Shown piece after piece: positions 1 through 13,410 of a stretch of 64,000 nt of DNA. This stretch comes from Octopus vulgaris. Lineage: Eukaryota. Location of the stretch: positions 44,640,001 to 44,704,000 of the forward strand of contig OX597830.1 of the NCBI GenBank assembly GCA_951406725.2, written 5' to 3'. How positions within the stretch are numbered: position 1 is the first letter of the stretch; every line of letters starts with the position of its first letter. The position numbers and the translations under genes are program-made. Below the pieces are notes generated by a model. That model ran no database searches. It was not told where the DNA came from and saw nothing but the letters and a program-made list of their open reading frames with translations.

Positions 1-396
1 TAGATAGATAGACATCTCGAAACAGTAAACTGGAAAAATTGTTGGCGTTGTTTGTTTCCTACTGGACATTTTTTCATTTCCTAATAGGAGTTACCAAGGA
101 ACAAATGGAGAAGGAATAGAGAATTATAACAATATAAAATTTACATTTGGATGAAGCTTTAATACAGAGTCCGAACAATAAGCGTTCATGTGTTTATGTG
201 TGTCTATATACTGTAATATAGCGACAACGTGGTTGTGGTATTTATAATAAGAAAGGAATTAAGGTTATTTAGACTATTAACTGCCTAATTGTCTTATGCT
301 TGTCAGATATTATTCCCTGACCCTCTATTGTCTTTCATCTTACATCAGTGAATTTATTCTACGATAAGGAAACGTTATTTGAAAATGTCTACTTAC

Positions 397-440
397 TGTG
401 GAGTAGGTTTCTGTAGCTTCATTGTCTCTACTCTTCTTAT
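397..440 (-). CDS. Predicted micro-exon (type A, 44 nt, phase 0->2) of an unidentified host gene; IRRVETMKLQKPTP
   Basis: Minus strand reads ttattttctAG|exon|GTaagtag. Flanking intron (~450-750) is homologous to the introns beside the exons at 10259, 19305, 29405 and 38931. Length mod 3 = 2, as in all type A exons. Confidence 0.7.
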
Positions 441-1989
441 CTAGAAAATAATACAAACAATATTATTTGCAAATCAAAATGACGGAGTGAGATTTTTTAG
501 CGGTTAAAACCAAGATTTAAGTAATATGAAGAAGGAGGTATATAAGTAACAATAGTATGCAGAAAAACAAAAAATAACTACATCTAATAATCTACACACA
601 CATATAAACACAGAAAAATACATTTATTTAAAAAGTCATTTGTGCTTTCAGTTTAGTTTTTGTGATCTGAACATATTTATTATTGTTTCCCAATAGAAAT
701 TTGCATTCTCATCTACAATTATTGTATTTTTATATGGTTCAGTATTTGCGATGCGATGTTTGTGTAAATGTTTTGTATTCAGAGGCTGGATCACCACAAT
801 GCAGTATCTGCTTCGTAATCAACTTAAATAGCCCCTCTCGTAATATTTCAGCATCGAACGTTCGATCTGCCGAGGATACCCTCTCTTCACCCTCTTATAA
901 GTTTTGGTGTTGGAGGCTTTACTGTATAGACAGGAGATTTTGTGGGGTCCTTCGCTGGAACTAGGTCACAGGAAAACCATATCTACATACAAGGACGCCA
1001 CCACTGTCATGTTGGATACTTCGGATTTGTGGTATCATGGTATCATTCTTGTAGGGACTTTTTGTTGAGCTGTATCTAGGTATAGGTGATCACTCGTCAG
1101 ACTTAAATTACTGAAGGCGCATCAGTTATTTGTGTCAGAAGAGTCACCTATACTGCTAAGCACTTTATCGGAGAGATATCAATGCTCACTCTATGACCGG
1201 CCTATAACTTTTGACCTTCTAAAAGATACAGTACCGCTTTAATGCTTTAGAATGTGCTTTTTGATTAAACAATTTCCACCTAAAGTGCTGTTCCCATTTC
1301 CTTAAATTACATTATGATCAGCTTCTTCCACTAAACCGTTAGTTTTCTTTAAAAAATTGTGTTCTCCTGGTTTATAAAAAAGTTTTCACAATAAGAATAG
1401 CTAACCACAAGTGTTCTTCTTTTGAAAATTTTTATATCTGTGACTAGCAGGAAAGCTTAAGGTAATTATTCTTGTAAAAGCTTCGGTATCTCGGAACAAT
1501 CTGACCCATAATGTAATTGTAAAAATCTGTGTAACTCTCCTTTAGATGGGAATTGTTTTATTAAAAGCATGAACGTATATAAGAAATGACTGATATGGTT
1601 GTTAACTTTCATGTAAATGATAAAGTTGTATCCATCTGGCCAACATATAAGAAATGACTGTCAACTTTCATTTGGACGATAGAGTTGTTTCCTTCTGGCC
1701 AATATCATCATGGGTGCATATAACCCCCTGAGCTATGATCTCCGGTATTTCAGTCTATAAAGGAAACAAACATCGCACAGGCTTTGACTTATGCCTAGTA
1801 CAAGATAACTAAATATAAGTTTAAGGAAAACTAAAAACATAATTTACTGAACTTAAGTATCACAACAAACAAAAATACAAATAGCTTTTCTTAGACGAAT
1901 AAATTATGACCTTGACAATATCAATTCAAAGTTATTCCTTCTGCAAATTTTTGTTTTGTTGTTCACATGCAAAATCTTCTTGATAGACA

Positions 1990-2310
1990 ATTTTTCCTGT
2001 TTTAATAGTAGGGCGAAAATGAAAAGTTTGTCATTGTTCCTCTTTCAAAATCGGGCCTTGGGGCTTATTAATGGACATCACAAAAGACTGACGTATTGAA
2101 AATTGAGGTCGTTTGAACTCGAAAGGCATATTGGAAGGTATCAAAGGTAATCGAGGAATATTCACCGTTTCCACAGGCAGAGATTATTGTGGTCTCTATG
2201 ACATTCCTTGATAATTTCATGGCAATAAGTCTTGTGCCATTGCACAGCCTTTGTTTAGAAAGGTTGCGCAGAAGTCTGACTGGAGCGCCTATTTTCAATC
2301 GAAGGCAATA
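1990..2310 (-). mobile_element. Helitron Rep/Hel PIF1-like helicase fragment (degenerate)
   Basis: Translation KIGAPVRLLRNLSKQRLCNGTRL, then after a frameshift IPRLPLIPSNMPFEFKRPQF..MSINK, matching PIF1/Helitron C-terminal helicase motifs. Confidence 0.8.
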
Positions 2311-3499
2311 AGTAGGAGCTCTTTAATATACACTGAGTATACTACTCAAGCTACATACAGCAAGGACAAAGAAACAAAAATAGAATGTAAAGAGCTTAAA
2401 AACGAACGCACAAGAACAGATTCGAACGCAAACAATAGACATTACAAACACAGACAGCAAAAACAAATCAAAAGAAAAAGAAAGATAACCAACCCACTAC
2501 ACCAAATTAACATCACTAAGCATATAACACAAGCAACACACAGCAAGGAGAAAAAGACAAAAATAAAATTTACACGTGTTAAAAATTTTTTGTAAAAATG
2601 TTGAATGACGTTAACTGGAGTGTGGGGTTCGAGTAGACGTCATTCCACCTTTTCATTTATCATTATTATTCTTTTCATTCGATTTAATTTTCCTCCACTT
2701 TTGTGTTTTGTTTGGCCTTATGCTGTCCCCTCTGGGTTTCAACTCTATATGGTTAATAAAAAAATTTCAGTCGGCGAGGTACGCCTTTGTGTTGCGGTTG
2801 GTTATTTATTGGTGAAGGTTTGTTGTTTGAAGTCGTTCTATTGCCGTTGTTTCCCTCGGGACTACCTCGTGTTTGAAAACTTAGTGTCTTTTGACACACT
2901 GTTCGCCTGAACAGGCTTGGTTTTCCTCTTGTTCCTCTGTTGTGGGCGAAATTTTTGCGTTTTGTATGGGAATTGTGCCCGCACAAAATGACTAGTGATT
3001 TGTATGACGTGTCGGACCTCATACAGAATGTCAACTCGGAGTACGAAAGCGACTCGGAAAAAAGTGTGGATGATTATGTGGCAGCGGTCAGTAGGCGGCA
3101 AAGAAGATAGAATATCAAGACGGAGGCCGTGGAAACATTTTAACCAATTCTGCGGGGAGAAGTAACAAGCGTGAGGTTGACTACTCCACCCCATGAAACG
3201 AGAAGAAGAACGATAATTTAACGCTATCTCTTAAAACAAAGAGAATAGAGATAGCGTCTATCGAAGAAATGGAAAATGTTTTAAAGCCTATTATGTTCAA
3301 TTTACAATATATGAAAAGAGGCAAGAAATTAGGTAGCGTGGAGGTACAGTTCATACCAGAATACGACACTAGGGGTGATTCTGCGATCACCCTGTAGACG
3401 AAAAGCTGGCTCTTTTGCCGTCATACTTTGGCAAAAGAAACATAGAAGTCGCAATAGAAAGATATTCACCTGAAATTAGACCGGCGTGTATAAATTTAA

Positions 3500-3921
3500 G
3501 ATCTTTTCGGTTTGAACGGCAGTTTTTAACATAATTTCTACGTAACTAAAGACTTTTAAACTTCGTATACTGGTAGAATGTGTTTATAAAACATCTTTTT
3601 CTCTTGGCTTTATTGAGAAAATTCTATAGTTTGTAAGATATTTGTTGTTTTTTTCTTCAATTTCTGCAATTTCAACCTATCACTGACGTCCATTGAGGTA
3701 AACAACATTCTGTGCCGTATGAATATGTCCCTCGTTTAAGAAACAGATTGGGTTTATTTACATTTGTGAAGAAAAAAAGATACCCTTCCCCCACCCCTAA
3801 CCCTAACCCTAACTAACCCTAAAATAGATTGAAATGCAATAGATCGGTACTAGGGTCATAATTATGGGTTACAATTTCATATGACACCGCTAGAAAAACT
3901 GCAGTTCAAACCGAAAAGATC
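3500..3921. mobile_element. MITE / non-autonomous DNA transposon with ~28-bp TIRs
   Basis: gatcttttcggtttgaacggcagttttt at 3500 and its near-perfect reverse complement aaaaactgcagttcaaaccgaaaagatc ending at 3921. Internal (CCCTAA)n at ~3795-3821. A related fragment lies at ~47660-47901. Confidence 0.8.
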
Positions 3922-4189
3922 CAAAATATATGTATAAAAAATATAAATAGAATACATTTTTTTACATATTTATAGAGATATTGGTTTATAAATTTATTGC
4001 TTATATATATTTTTTTCTGTATTCTACCCTCCACCCTGAATTTTTCTTGTGCGTATTTTGTGTATATGGAATCCTTTGTGCGCGCGTGTGGATGTGTGCG
4101 TGTGTACATGCAGGCGAGTATTGCGCATATAGACGCGTTGTACTCATTGCTTTTTACACAGTTTCCTGTGTAAAAGATAAAGAGAGAGA

Positions 4190-4228
<39 letters not shown>

Positions 4229-4324
4229 GAAGGCGTTCGAGTCAAAAAGAAAGAGTACAGTTTGAAATTATATATATATTTATATATATATACACACACA
4301 CACATATATATATATATATACATA

Positions 4325-4560
4325 TTGATAAAAATGATAAGACAGCAAAGGAATGAAAGAGACCTCGATATTATGTAAATAGAGGAGTGCCCCAGCATGG
4401 CCATAGCTCATGAGCTGAAACTAGATGAAATAAAATAAATAAAAAAAAATGTAATATGTGGCAATTATTCGGTAGCTGTGAGAAAACTCCGAGTTTCAGA
4501 TGCCGAGGTGGAAATCCACGCCGCCATCACTTCAGTTATCCGCCATCGAAAAAAATGCTA
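4325..4560 (-). repeat. Diverged copy of the repeat end seen at 14000-14160 and 22800-22955, interrupted by a SINE 3' tail
   Basis: Shares aaactccgagtttcagatgccgaggtggaaa..cacgccgccatc with 22971-23130. The tail-like tgccccagcatggcc..tgaaac..aaataaa is inserted at ~4388-4450. Confidence 0.6.
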
Positions 4561-4927
4561 TGAAAAACGACCGTTATACAAAGGGAAATTACTGTGTGAG
4601 TGACCGCTAGTAAGACAAAAGAGCTATTTGAATGACCTCTAAGTGAGGGGAGGGAGTAAAAGTAAGAGGGTAAAAAGGTTCATAGTATTCGCGTAAGCGT
4701 GCATGTTCATACCTACACATGCGTGCCCGCACACCAACGTGCATGCGCCTAAAAGTATTATACACTCATCCACCCTCACTTGAAACATACACAACCTCAC
4801 CCGCACCATTCGCCAAATATATATATATATATATATTTATATACAACCCCCCCCCCACGCGCGCGCACAAAAAAGTTCATACCCACGTCTATATGCACCT
4901 ACAGACATGGAAAACAGGGCTAAAGGC

Positions 4928-4968
<41 letters not shown>

Positions 4969-4979
4969 TTGTGTGTCTG

Positions 4980-5257
4980 TGGAGGCGCAATGGCCCAGTG
5001 GTTAGGGCAGCAGACTCGCGGTCGTAGGATCGCGGTTTCAATTCCCAGATCGGGCGTTGTGAGTGTTTATTGAGCGAAAACACCGGCAGCGGGTGGTGGC
5101 GATCCCTGCTGTACGATTTCGCCGCAACTTTCTTCTGTTGGCCTGCTCGCTTAGCCAGCGGGGTGGCGTCATTTGAAGGCTAAATCAATGCGAAGCGCAT
5201 CGTGACAAGCGATGTGTAGCAACATCTGATAGCCTGGTCGGTCACGTGATTACGTGA
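4980..5257 (+). mobile_element. tRNA-derived SINE
   Basis: A box-like TGGCCCAGTGG and B box-like GGTTTCAATTCC. Duplicated at 14304-14600 and 24163-24459, with a diverged relative at ~45330-45600. Confidence 0.85.
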
Positions 5258-5260
5258 TAT

Positions 5261-5365
<105 letters not shown>

Positions 5366-5703
5366 TTCTAATTTACTCTAATTATGCAAAAAAGTCAGTA
5401 GCTGGTTCAACCATTGCGTAATATAGTAGTTATCACTACTAATAAAGAAAATTTATTTTGCTCTATGATTATGTAAAATAGTAAACTAATCTATCACTAG
5501 GAGAAATAGAACGCTGTTCCACATATGTGAAAAATAATAATCAGCTGTACATTGGTATACTGGAAAATGTATTAAGATATTCATAAGCAAAATTTATAAG
5601 GTTGCTGTTAATACGGAGTCTTTGATGAAATTCCAAAACACTCATTGGTCATAATTTGTGCAAACAGAAGTAATAGAGAAATAAATGAAAAACATTAAAT
5701 TAC

Positions 5704-5773
5704 TTGGGATTCTTCGTCACCATAACTGTCTTCTTCAGCCAATGATTCTAAATTCCTCTCAGAAGATAGTGAT
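5704..5773 (-). CDS. Predicted micro-exon (type B, 70 nt, phase 2->0), copy 1; (L)SLSSERNLESLAEEDSYGDEESQ
   Basis: ttttttgtAG|exon|GTaatt. Only one of three frames is open, and that frame is phase-compatible with both neighbouring type A exons. Confidence 0.75.
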
Positions 5774-7310
5774 CTACAAAAAATGAACCAAGGAGGAAGT
5801 TTAAGATTAGTGAAAGTTGTTTGTCATATGGAGTGTAGTTAACATTCTGGACATTTGAACTTCATCTAAAAGTTGAGAAAAGGAGAAAAGTGATATTGTT
5901 GCATGGGTTGGGAGCAAGAAACAATGGAATATTATTGAAAGACTAATATAGGAGGTGATGAGAAGGATGACCAAGAGGGAGTTAAGGTCAGAATGAGTCA
6001 GAGGTTAGAGGTATGGTCAGGGTCTGGTGAGCAAAGGCGGAGAGGAAAGCTAAGAACATATGAGGAGACGGTAGATAGATTCAGTGAGGATTATGAATAA
6101 ATTTATGGAGTAATATCTATGTATATTTAGACCTGTTGTGAAATTAGGAATACATTTCAATAAGTAGCTTTGAACAATTTTATTTCAAAAGAGAGGTCAG
6201 CAAATCTTGACGAAGTGCTCAGACAGTAAAACTCGTCAGTTTGATTTTTATTACAAGCTGCTGAAAATATACTTCATAGACTTCATTTCACATCAAAAGG
6301 TACATTTACGCATAAAGTCTGGGGTGTAAATACTCATGTAATTAATATCAAGTCATCAAATTTCTACAATTTTCAAATGGCATTTAACTGGTACAATTTT
6401 GATTGTGTTTTGATATATAGCCTTCTGCCATTTATCTCGGTTTTGTGGGATGTGTAGGTGTGTGAGATCTGATGAACTGTAAAAGACAGTTAATCTGCTT
6501 AATTAAATTCACATCTCTAGAAAAACTTCTGTTTCAATGTATGATTTCTTACATAAAATAAGACCTCAAGTTTCAAGAATTACCATAAGGTATTTTGTTT
6601 GACCGTTTTATAATTCTGCTAATCCACTACATTTTCTTCAAATGTATATTAAGACACAAACAAACAGTAACATTAGAAGAGATAAACTGATAGGTTAAAC
6701 ATTTCTGACTTGACTGTATGTATTTGGTGGAGATACTTAGCGTTTATGGGGCAAATTTCAAAGCTACACTAAATACACGGTGGTAACACACTTTACATTG
6801 TTCTTAGTTTGCACGGATTTACTTGAGCATCGCTTTTGTTGGAACCAAAATGTTTTCGCTTTTCCCTTTATATCTACAGGAAACCCCTTTGTAGTTTCCG
6901 ATTCAATGTTTCCTTTTCCTTACCGTTATAACGTCATTTCATTTCTTCAATACAAAAGGTTCTGACTAATGCTTAAGTAAGAATTAATATCATATATTTA
7001 TAAATATCTGATAAATATTTTCGAGACAAAATAATAATTTGAAATGTCCAGAAAATTTGATTTTTTTAGAACTGAAAATATATTATCAAATCTAGTTCAA
7101 AATGGTTAAAGTCGTCAACAGAAACTATGAAAGAGTGAAGTATAAAAGAAAAAACAGAAGCAAAGAAACAATCAAAGCCAGTGAAATTGCTGGATCTCTT
7201 GTAACTTTAAAACAAACATCACAACTACATGGTTACATTACATCAACAAAGGAAAATACTTTACTTCAAATAGAATATAAAATCCAATATCACCATAATA
7301 CCTATACCAA

Positions 7311-7341
<31 letters not shown>

Positions 7342-7344
7342 TGT

Positions 7345-7808
7345 TGTATTTCGGAATGGTCATTTTGACAGTTTAGCCGATAAAAACACACGCACTATAT
7401 ATTTGGTGTTACTTTGCTACAGTGTTATTTATTTTTTACATTAATCTTAATCTTATTTCGGTCAGAGTTCTTTCGTCACACTAACGTGACTGCATCAGTG
7501 GTCCTTTGCTTTCTTCATTCTTTTTTGTGTGTCTTTCCTTACTAACCGTCAGCCATTTTGCTTTTCTATTGTATGTGTCTATGTGTATTCATTTGTGCAT
7601 GCTTATATCTCTATGTGCGTCCATGTTTAATTAGTGTGTGTATGTGTGAATGCCTGTAATATTTGCATCTTCTGTTTATATACGTTCGTGTAATTTGCTT
7701 TTGTTTTTGTTTATTCTTATTTTGTTCATGTATTTACATCCACTTATTATTATTTTCATTACGTATGCTTGTATGTATGTATGTATGTATAACAACAATA
7801 CTGCTACA

Positions 7809-7862
<54 letters not shown>

Positions 7863-7874
7863 GCTGCTGCTACA

Positions 7875-7914
<40 letters not shown>

Positions 7915-8440
7915 ATAATAATAATAATAATAATAATATAACATTTTAAAACATTTAAAAATTAAAAAAAAATAAAATCTTTTAAATTAAAAAAGATTAT
8001 ATAGTTAGTTATTTCTATTTGTTTATTTATCTGTGTATTTTATTTATTATGTTTTCGGCTTTGTTTATATTGTAACCAGTTTATGGGGATCCTCTACTGT
8101 CATATGTTGTGGTGTGTGCTATTGTTCCATTCCAGTTTCCTATTCAGGCTAGGTTTATCTTCTATTATGTGTGTAGCTTCCGTAATTTGTCAGATTGTTG
8201 CATCTGTTCTATGCGTGGACAAGATTTTAACTTCTATGTTGTTGATTGATCCCCCGTGTTCATGCTCGGCATGTTGGTACAGAATCGATGAGCTTTTAGC
8301 TTCCTTAAGTTCTCTCCAATGTCTATTTACCCGCTCTACTATGCTTCGTGCCGTTTCCCCTACGTATGTCGTTGTCTTGTTACTGCATCATCCCTCTATA
8401 CAACTTATACTATAGACTACTATTATCTTGGCTTGAATAT
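7345..8440 (-). mobile_element. Truncated Penelope-like element: GIY-YIG endonuclease remnant plus 3' region with degenerate hammerhead-like motif
   Basis: Minus-strand 8070-8420 translates to YSISCIEG*CSNKTTTYVGETARSIVERVNRH..ILYQHAEHEHGG..EATHIIEDKPSLNRKLEW. Minus motif CTGATGc-agtcac..gtgac-GAAA at ~7460-7503. Copies at ~16500-17470 and ~26460-27430. Confidence 0.7.
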
Positions 8441-8557
8441 TTTAAGTTTTATAATTATTAATTTTTATCAATATTAATTATTTACTATTATTCATTTTCA
8501 TTTTTATTAAATTTCATATTTTAACATTTTTGTATACTTTCTTATATTATTATCTTT

Positions 8558-8752
8558 TAGGCGGCGAACTGGCAGAATCGTTAGCGCGTCGCTTCGTTCG
8601 GAGTTCAAATTCCACCGAGTCGACTTTGCTTTTCATCCTTTTGAGGGTCGATAAATTAAGTACCAGTAAAAACACTGGAGTCGGTGTAACCGACTAGTCT
8701 CTTCCCCACAAACTCGAGACCTTGTGCCTACAGTAGAAAGGATTATCATCAT
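8558..8752 (+). mobile_element. SINE (tRNA head plus MetaSINE-like core)
   Basis: ggcgaactggcagaatcgttag ... gagttcaaattcc (B box) ... ttttcatccttttgagggtcgataaattaagtacca. Copies at ~17608-17800 and ~27563-27755. Minus-strand relatives at ~40665-40880, ~40960-41110 and ~41650-41780. Confidence 0.8.
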
Positions 8753-10258
8753 CAGCTTATTTTATTATTATTATTATTTATATTAAATAAAAATATTAAC
8801 ACACACATACACACACACAAATAACAAAGCATAATTCATCTACTTTGTCTGTTGGAGTATCTCAACCGATCAGCATGTAACTTCCTTTCAGCTTTCGAAA
8901 CCGCAACTCCAAATCACCATACAATAACCTATCACTAGACCAATGAAATTTTACCTCCGATCAGAACTGGACCCTCAAGAAAATAAACAGACTGACTCGG
9001 TAAGAGAATCAAACAACAGGAACGTTTCATGACCATTCCCCACAGGCAAGACAACCAGGCAGAATGTTAAACTTGGTCTCCAGAAAGAATAAGAATAAGA
9101 ATTATAACGAATCAAAAATTATATTTTTTCACAGAAAAGATTATAGATACACTGATTCTAAAACAGTCCGTTACCGGCGAAAAACCCTCTACGCGACGGT
9201 AAAAGGAATCACATGCAAGATGAAAGAAACTGTAACAAAATCCCTTTTGCTTACTCTCTTCTTTCTTTATTTGTTTCTCTCTTAACTCAGTATGATTGAA
9301 CTTTTGGCGTTCCACATCTTTTATATACTTCGCCCATCATTTTCTGATATTACTGAATTTTGTGAACATTTAATCATTTGAACATATTGTTCCCCATTTT
9401 TTACATACTTGACCGATCATTTTTGATACTATTGAATTTTGCGAACATTTAATCATTTAAATATGTTTTGTACTTCGCAAACAAAATATGGCCTTGGGCC
9501 CGAGGAGAGGAGGTAACGCTTAGAAAATGTCTTGAAGGATGGTGAACATAGCGACAGAAAATTTGCGACTATTCAGCTACGGGACCAGTGTAAGAAGGGA
9601 AGAAAAAGGGGTACTGACAGTTGGTCACGCGACAGCAGCCGGCAGAGGAGAAAGACTGCAGGGTGAGAGAACGACAGAGAAAAATAGGGAAGGGATGAAG
9701 AGAAAGAAGAAAGGCTGGGAATACAAGAGAGAGAAGGGGTAAGTAGAAAGTCTATAATAAATAAATACACACACACACATATGTGTATATCTATATATAT
9801 TAAGTATGTAAGTATGTTTTAAAAGTTGTGGGCTAATTACGGAGTGCTCATAGAGAGCCTATGCGAGTAGAGAAAATTTAAAACGCAAGTCTTAGGAAGT
9901 CAAACAGATTCCCGAACGCATAAATGAGAAATTTCAATCGAAGTAGTTGAATGATATATATTTATACACATCAACATAAATCATACATGTATAGGCGTGA
10001 AAATGCCCCAAGGTTATAAAGAATGAAATCAAACATACATAGAAATATAGAATAAATATAAAAATTTATATAAAAATACTTATCAAATTACATATAAATA
10101 AATTTACATGTAACGAGTTATGCGTGATAAATATAGGAGGTGCAAAATGGATGAGAGATTGGTACATTCTGTAAGGATCAGATATCGAGATATGTAGGTA
10201 TTTAGTGGGTCTTTCGATATGACAAAGAAAGTTTATCTGGAAATGTCTGTCTACTTAC

Positions 10259-10317
10259 AAATCATCAAAAAATGTCGATGACAAAGGCGATCGATTTTGT
10301 GTTTCTGTTGTTTCAGG
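10259..10317 (-). CDS. Predicted micro-exon (type A, 59 nt, phase 0->2), copy 1; PETTETQNRSPLSSTFFDD(L)
   Basis: cctcttttctctAG|exon|GTaagtag, with a strong polypyrimidine tract and consensus donor. The frame is open and continues into exon 5704-5773. Confidence 0.8.
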
Positions 10318-10746
10318 CTAGAGAAAAGAGGAAAAACAACGTTAATTGTTGAAAGAAACGTTTGGGTTAGTATTTCTAGGTATAGAAAACAAGTTTTAAG
10401 TAAAATATATGTTTGAAGGAGGAGGTATATAAGTAACAGTAGTAAGCAAGAGACAAAGAATAACCACATCTAAAAGTCTAACAACTACACACGGATATAG
10501 ACATAGAAAAATCCATTTACAGAAAAAAGATAAACAGTTTTATTTTCAATTTAGTTTTAGAGATGTCAACATGGTTAGCATCATTGAATTCAAATGAAGA
10601 TCTGAAATCGTATTTACAACTATTTTATTTTTATGAAGTTCAGTATTTATGATATCAGTGCAGATCCTTTTAATATCTTACTAATTTAGGCATAATCAAA
10701 TAAAATCTTTAGGAAAATAATATCCTCAGATGCAATATAAAACACA

Positions 10747-10800
<54 letters not shown>

Positions 10801-11248
10801 ATGAAATATAAAGTTCACATCCTGAAATCATCAAAAGACTCCCAAAAGCCTAAAATTCAAAGATGGAAAACAGTAAAGACATTGAATAGTTCTATAAGTT
10901 ATAAAAAGTTGTTTTTTTTAAAATTACGATGAATATATAAATATCATTTAAAGTAAGTTTATTTAAGTGTGTACATATTAATTCTACATTTTCCCAATTC
11001 AAAAATTTTACACAATATTTTTAATGAAATTTGTACAACTTTTGCAAGGATTGTGCAGTCTAAACAGGAACTAACTTATCTTTCTCAATTCACCCATGAT
11101 TGCAGGTGTCTTGCACAAATACTATTCACTTATGAACGTAATCCGAACACTTCCTTGCTACACTAGGGTATTAGTTCCAGTGACAATAACATCTATATTC
11201 CCAGAAGATCAACATAGGAATCAACAAAGCGAACCTGACTGGAGTACA

Positions 11249-11291
<43 letters not shown>

Positions 11292-11475
11292 CTTTTTGAT
11301 GTCTGACTCTATTGTGTATTATAAATGAATTTTTTATATTTGATAGCATGAACTATCTTTTTTTATTTATAACTTTTTTTGATAAGGTTCATTTCAAGAA
11401 CCGAAACATGTTATAATGTAGATATAAAAATTAAAAATTTGTATAATATAGCAGCATTTTCGAACTTCATTTTTT

Positions 11476-11538
<63 letters not shown>

Positions 11539-11542
<4 letters not shown>

Positions 11543-12667
11543 TTTGTCAAGAAAACTCTAGTGGTTTTTAACCTTTAAATTCAGATACACATATCTCGGG
11601 TCAGACATCGTCTTATTTTTTGAAGCATTTCTCACTCAAGAAGTTGACGAAATGCTTGAAAAAGTGGTAGTCGGTAGGCGACATGTCTAGTGAGTACGGC
11701 GGATGAGGCAGAGTCTTGTAGCCCAATTCATTCAACTTCTGCAGGGTCAGTTGTGCGACGTGCGGCCGAGCGTTGTCGTGGAGAAGAATTGGTCCTTTTC
11801 TATTGACCAATGATGGCTATTGTTGTCGGAGTTTCTTATGCATTTCATCCATTTACTGACAGAACTTCTCCGCCGTAATGGTTTTGGATCCAAAAAGCTG
11901 TGATGGATGAGTCCGGCCGCAGACCACCAAACAGTCACTAAGACCTTCTTTTCGTGCAACTTTGGCTTCGGGAAGTGCTTTAGAGCTTCGTCGTTGTCCA
12001 ACCACTGAGATGAGCGTCGCCGGTCGTCGTAAAGATTCCACTTTTCATCGTAAGTCACAATCCGGTCGAGAAATGTGTTGTTTTTGTTGCGTAAAAGAAG
12101 GGAAGACGACACTTCAAAACAGCGTTTTCTTTCTTTTTTGGTTGTCGTTCAATTCGTGCGGCACCCATTTCTCGAGTATTTTTGTTTTTCCAATCTCTTT
12201 CAAGTGGTTGGAAATTGTCGTTTACGTTACGTCATATTAAGAAGCAAGCTCTTGAGCAGATGTGTGTGGATTGGTTTTCACTAAGGCTCTTAGTTGATCG
12301 TTGTCAACATCCGATGGCTGACCACTACGCTTATCATCTTCAAGATTCTCATCACTGCTACGAAATCTCTTGAACCACCATTGTGCTGTACGTTGATTAG
12401 TGGTTCTTGTGCGGCCAAACACATCGTTGATATCGCGAGTTGTTTCAGCAGCTTTTCGGCCTAACTTGAACTGCAATAAGAAACTTATGCGAATTTGGCT
12501 TTTTGCTCATGTTGTATTCAACGTTCCAGAAAAAATGCCTTGATTATTCAAAAAGAAAAAGAGTAACACGATTAGAGAGCGCGAAAAACAGGCTTTAAAA
12601 TGTTATGTAAAGTCAAAGAAATTTATCGAAAATTAATTTGAAAATACATCATTTCCTAACAACCTAA
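11539..12667 (-). mobile_element. Mariner (Tc1/mariner) transposon with degenerate transposase, inserted in (TA)n
   Basis: Frameshifted motifs [34 protein letters not shown] and PPYSLDMSPTDYHFFKH. Degenerate TIRs flanked by TA runs. Confidence 0.92.
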
Positions 12668-12668
12668 C

Positions 12669-12723
<55 letters not shown>

Positions 12724-12739
12724 TATATTACATTTACTT

Positions 12740-13410
12740 TCCATGTAGCACTGCAACACAATCCCGTTTTCTTTGCTGGACCAGTTCTCCTCCCTGCTCT
12801 ATAATTTGCTGTTGCTGTATCAACATAACAGCTGTGATCAATCTGCATCTTTACTGAACCAATGCCGAGCGAGAGGCCTTCTCTTAAGGACCCAACCTCA
12901 TTTTTTTCTGTCACATCCAGACTTTCTACGCGAACTCCTGTCGCATAAACTGAGTTAAGATTTCTTTCCCCACCATCGTCATCACCATTATTTTTCAACA
13001 ACTGATTGCTTCAAGTAACTTTCTATTGGCTGGTTTTGCTATGGGCCATTCTTTACAGCGTTTACTTTTTCGCAGAACACCGCCCATGGAATGTGTTGAC
13101 ATTTCTTTCGTATTTATAATAATTGTTGATGTATAAACGAGAGTCCACGAAGAAACAGTAATGCGCATTCTCTTCCCGTTTGGCAATTCTTTGCCCCTAC
13201 ATTTTACTCTTTTCTCCCGCTTCAAAGTAAGCACCGCAAAATTCGAGATACATATTTCCGTCACTATATCCTTGTTGCACATTTGCACAGTCTCAACACC
13301 AGCCTTTCCTTTTCAGACTCTGCTGTTTGCGAAAAGTTTTAAATCAGCCATGAAGAGGTGTTTGAGACGAGGTCCATTCTTTCTCAGCTTGTAGTGCCCA
13401 TTGATTTTGC
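12740..13410 (-). mobile_element. Dong/R4-like non-LTR retrotransposon RT fragment
   Basis: Minus translation YKLRKNGPRLKHLFMADLKLFA..VETVQMCNKDI..AVLTLKREKRVKCRGKELPNG resembles the HLLFMDDLKL RT region. Copy at ~21510-22180. Confidence 0.7.

Noticed and set aside
3795-3821. (CCCTAA)n telomere-like repeat
   Set aside because: Only about four units, internal to a MITE; not a chromosome end or fusion site.
4980-5060. tRNA gene
   Set aside because: A and B boxes are present but there is no complete cloverleaf, and it continues into a repeated SINE body.
7102-7368. Recurrent short ORFs in the three copies (6780, 7102, 9064, 9539 and equivalents)
   Set aside because: They recur only because of the recent duplication. 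They show no domain motifs and several run into microsatellites.
10251-10469. ORF MWLFFVSCLLLLLIYLLL.. resembling a signal-peptide-bearing small protein in each repeat
   Set aside because: The paralogous positions read ATG TAG (~590) and MWLFFVFCTPQLLI* (~39130), and copy 2 stops early. It is a T-rich intron read-through rather than a conserved CDS.
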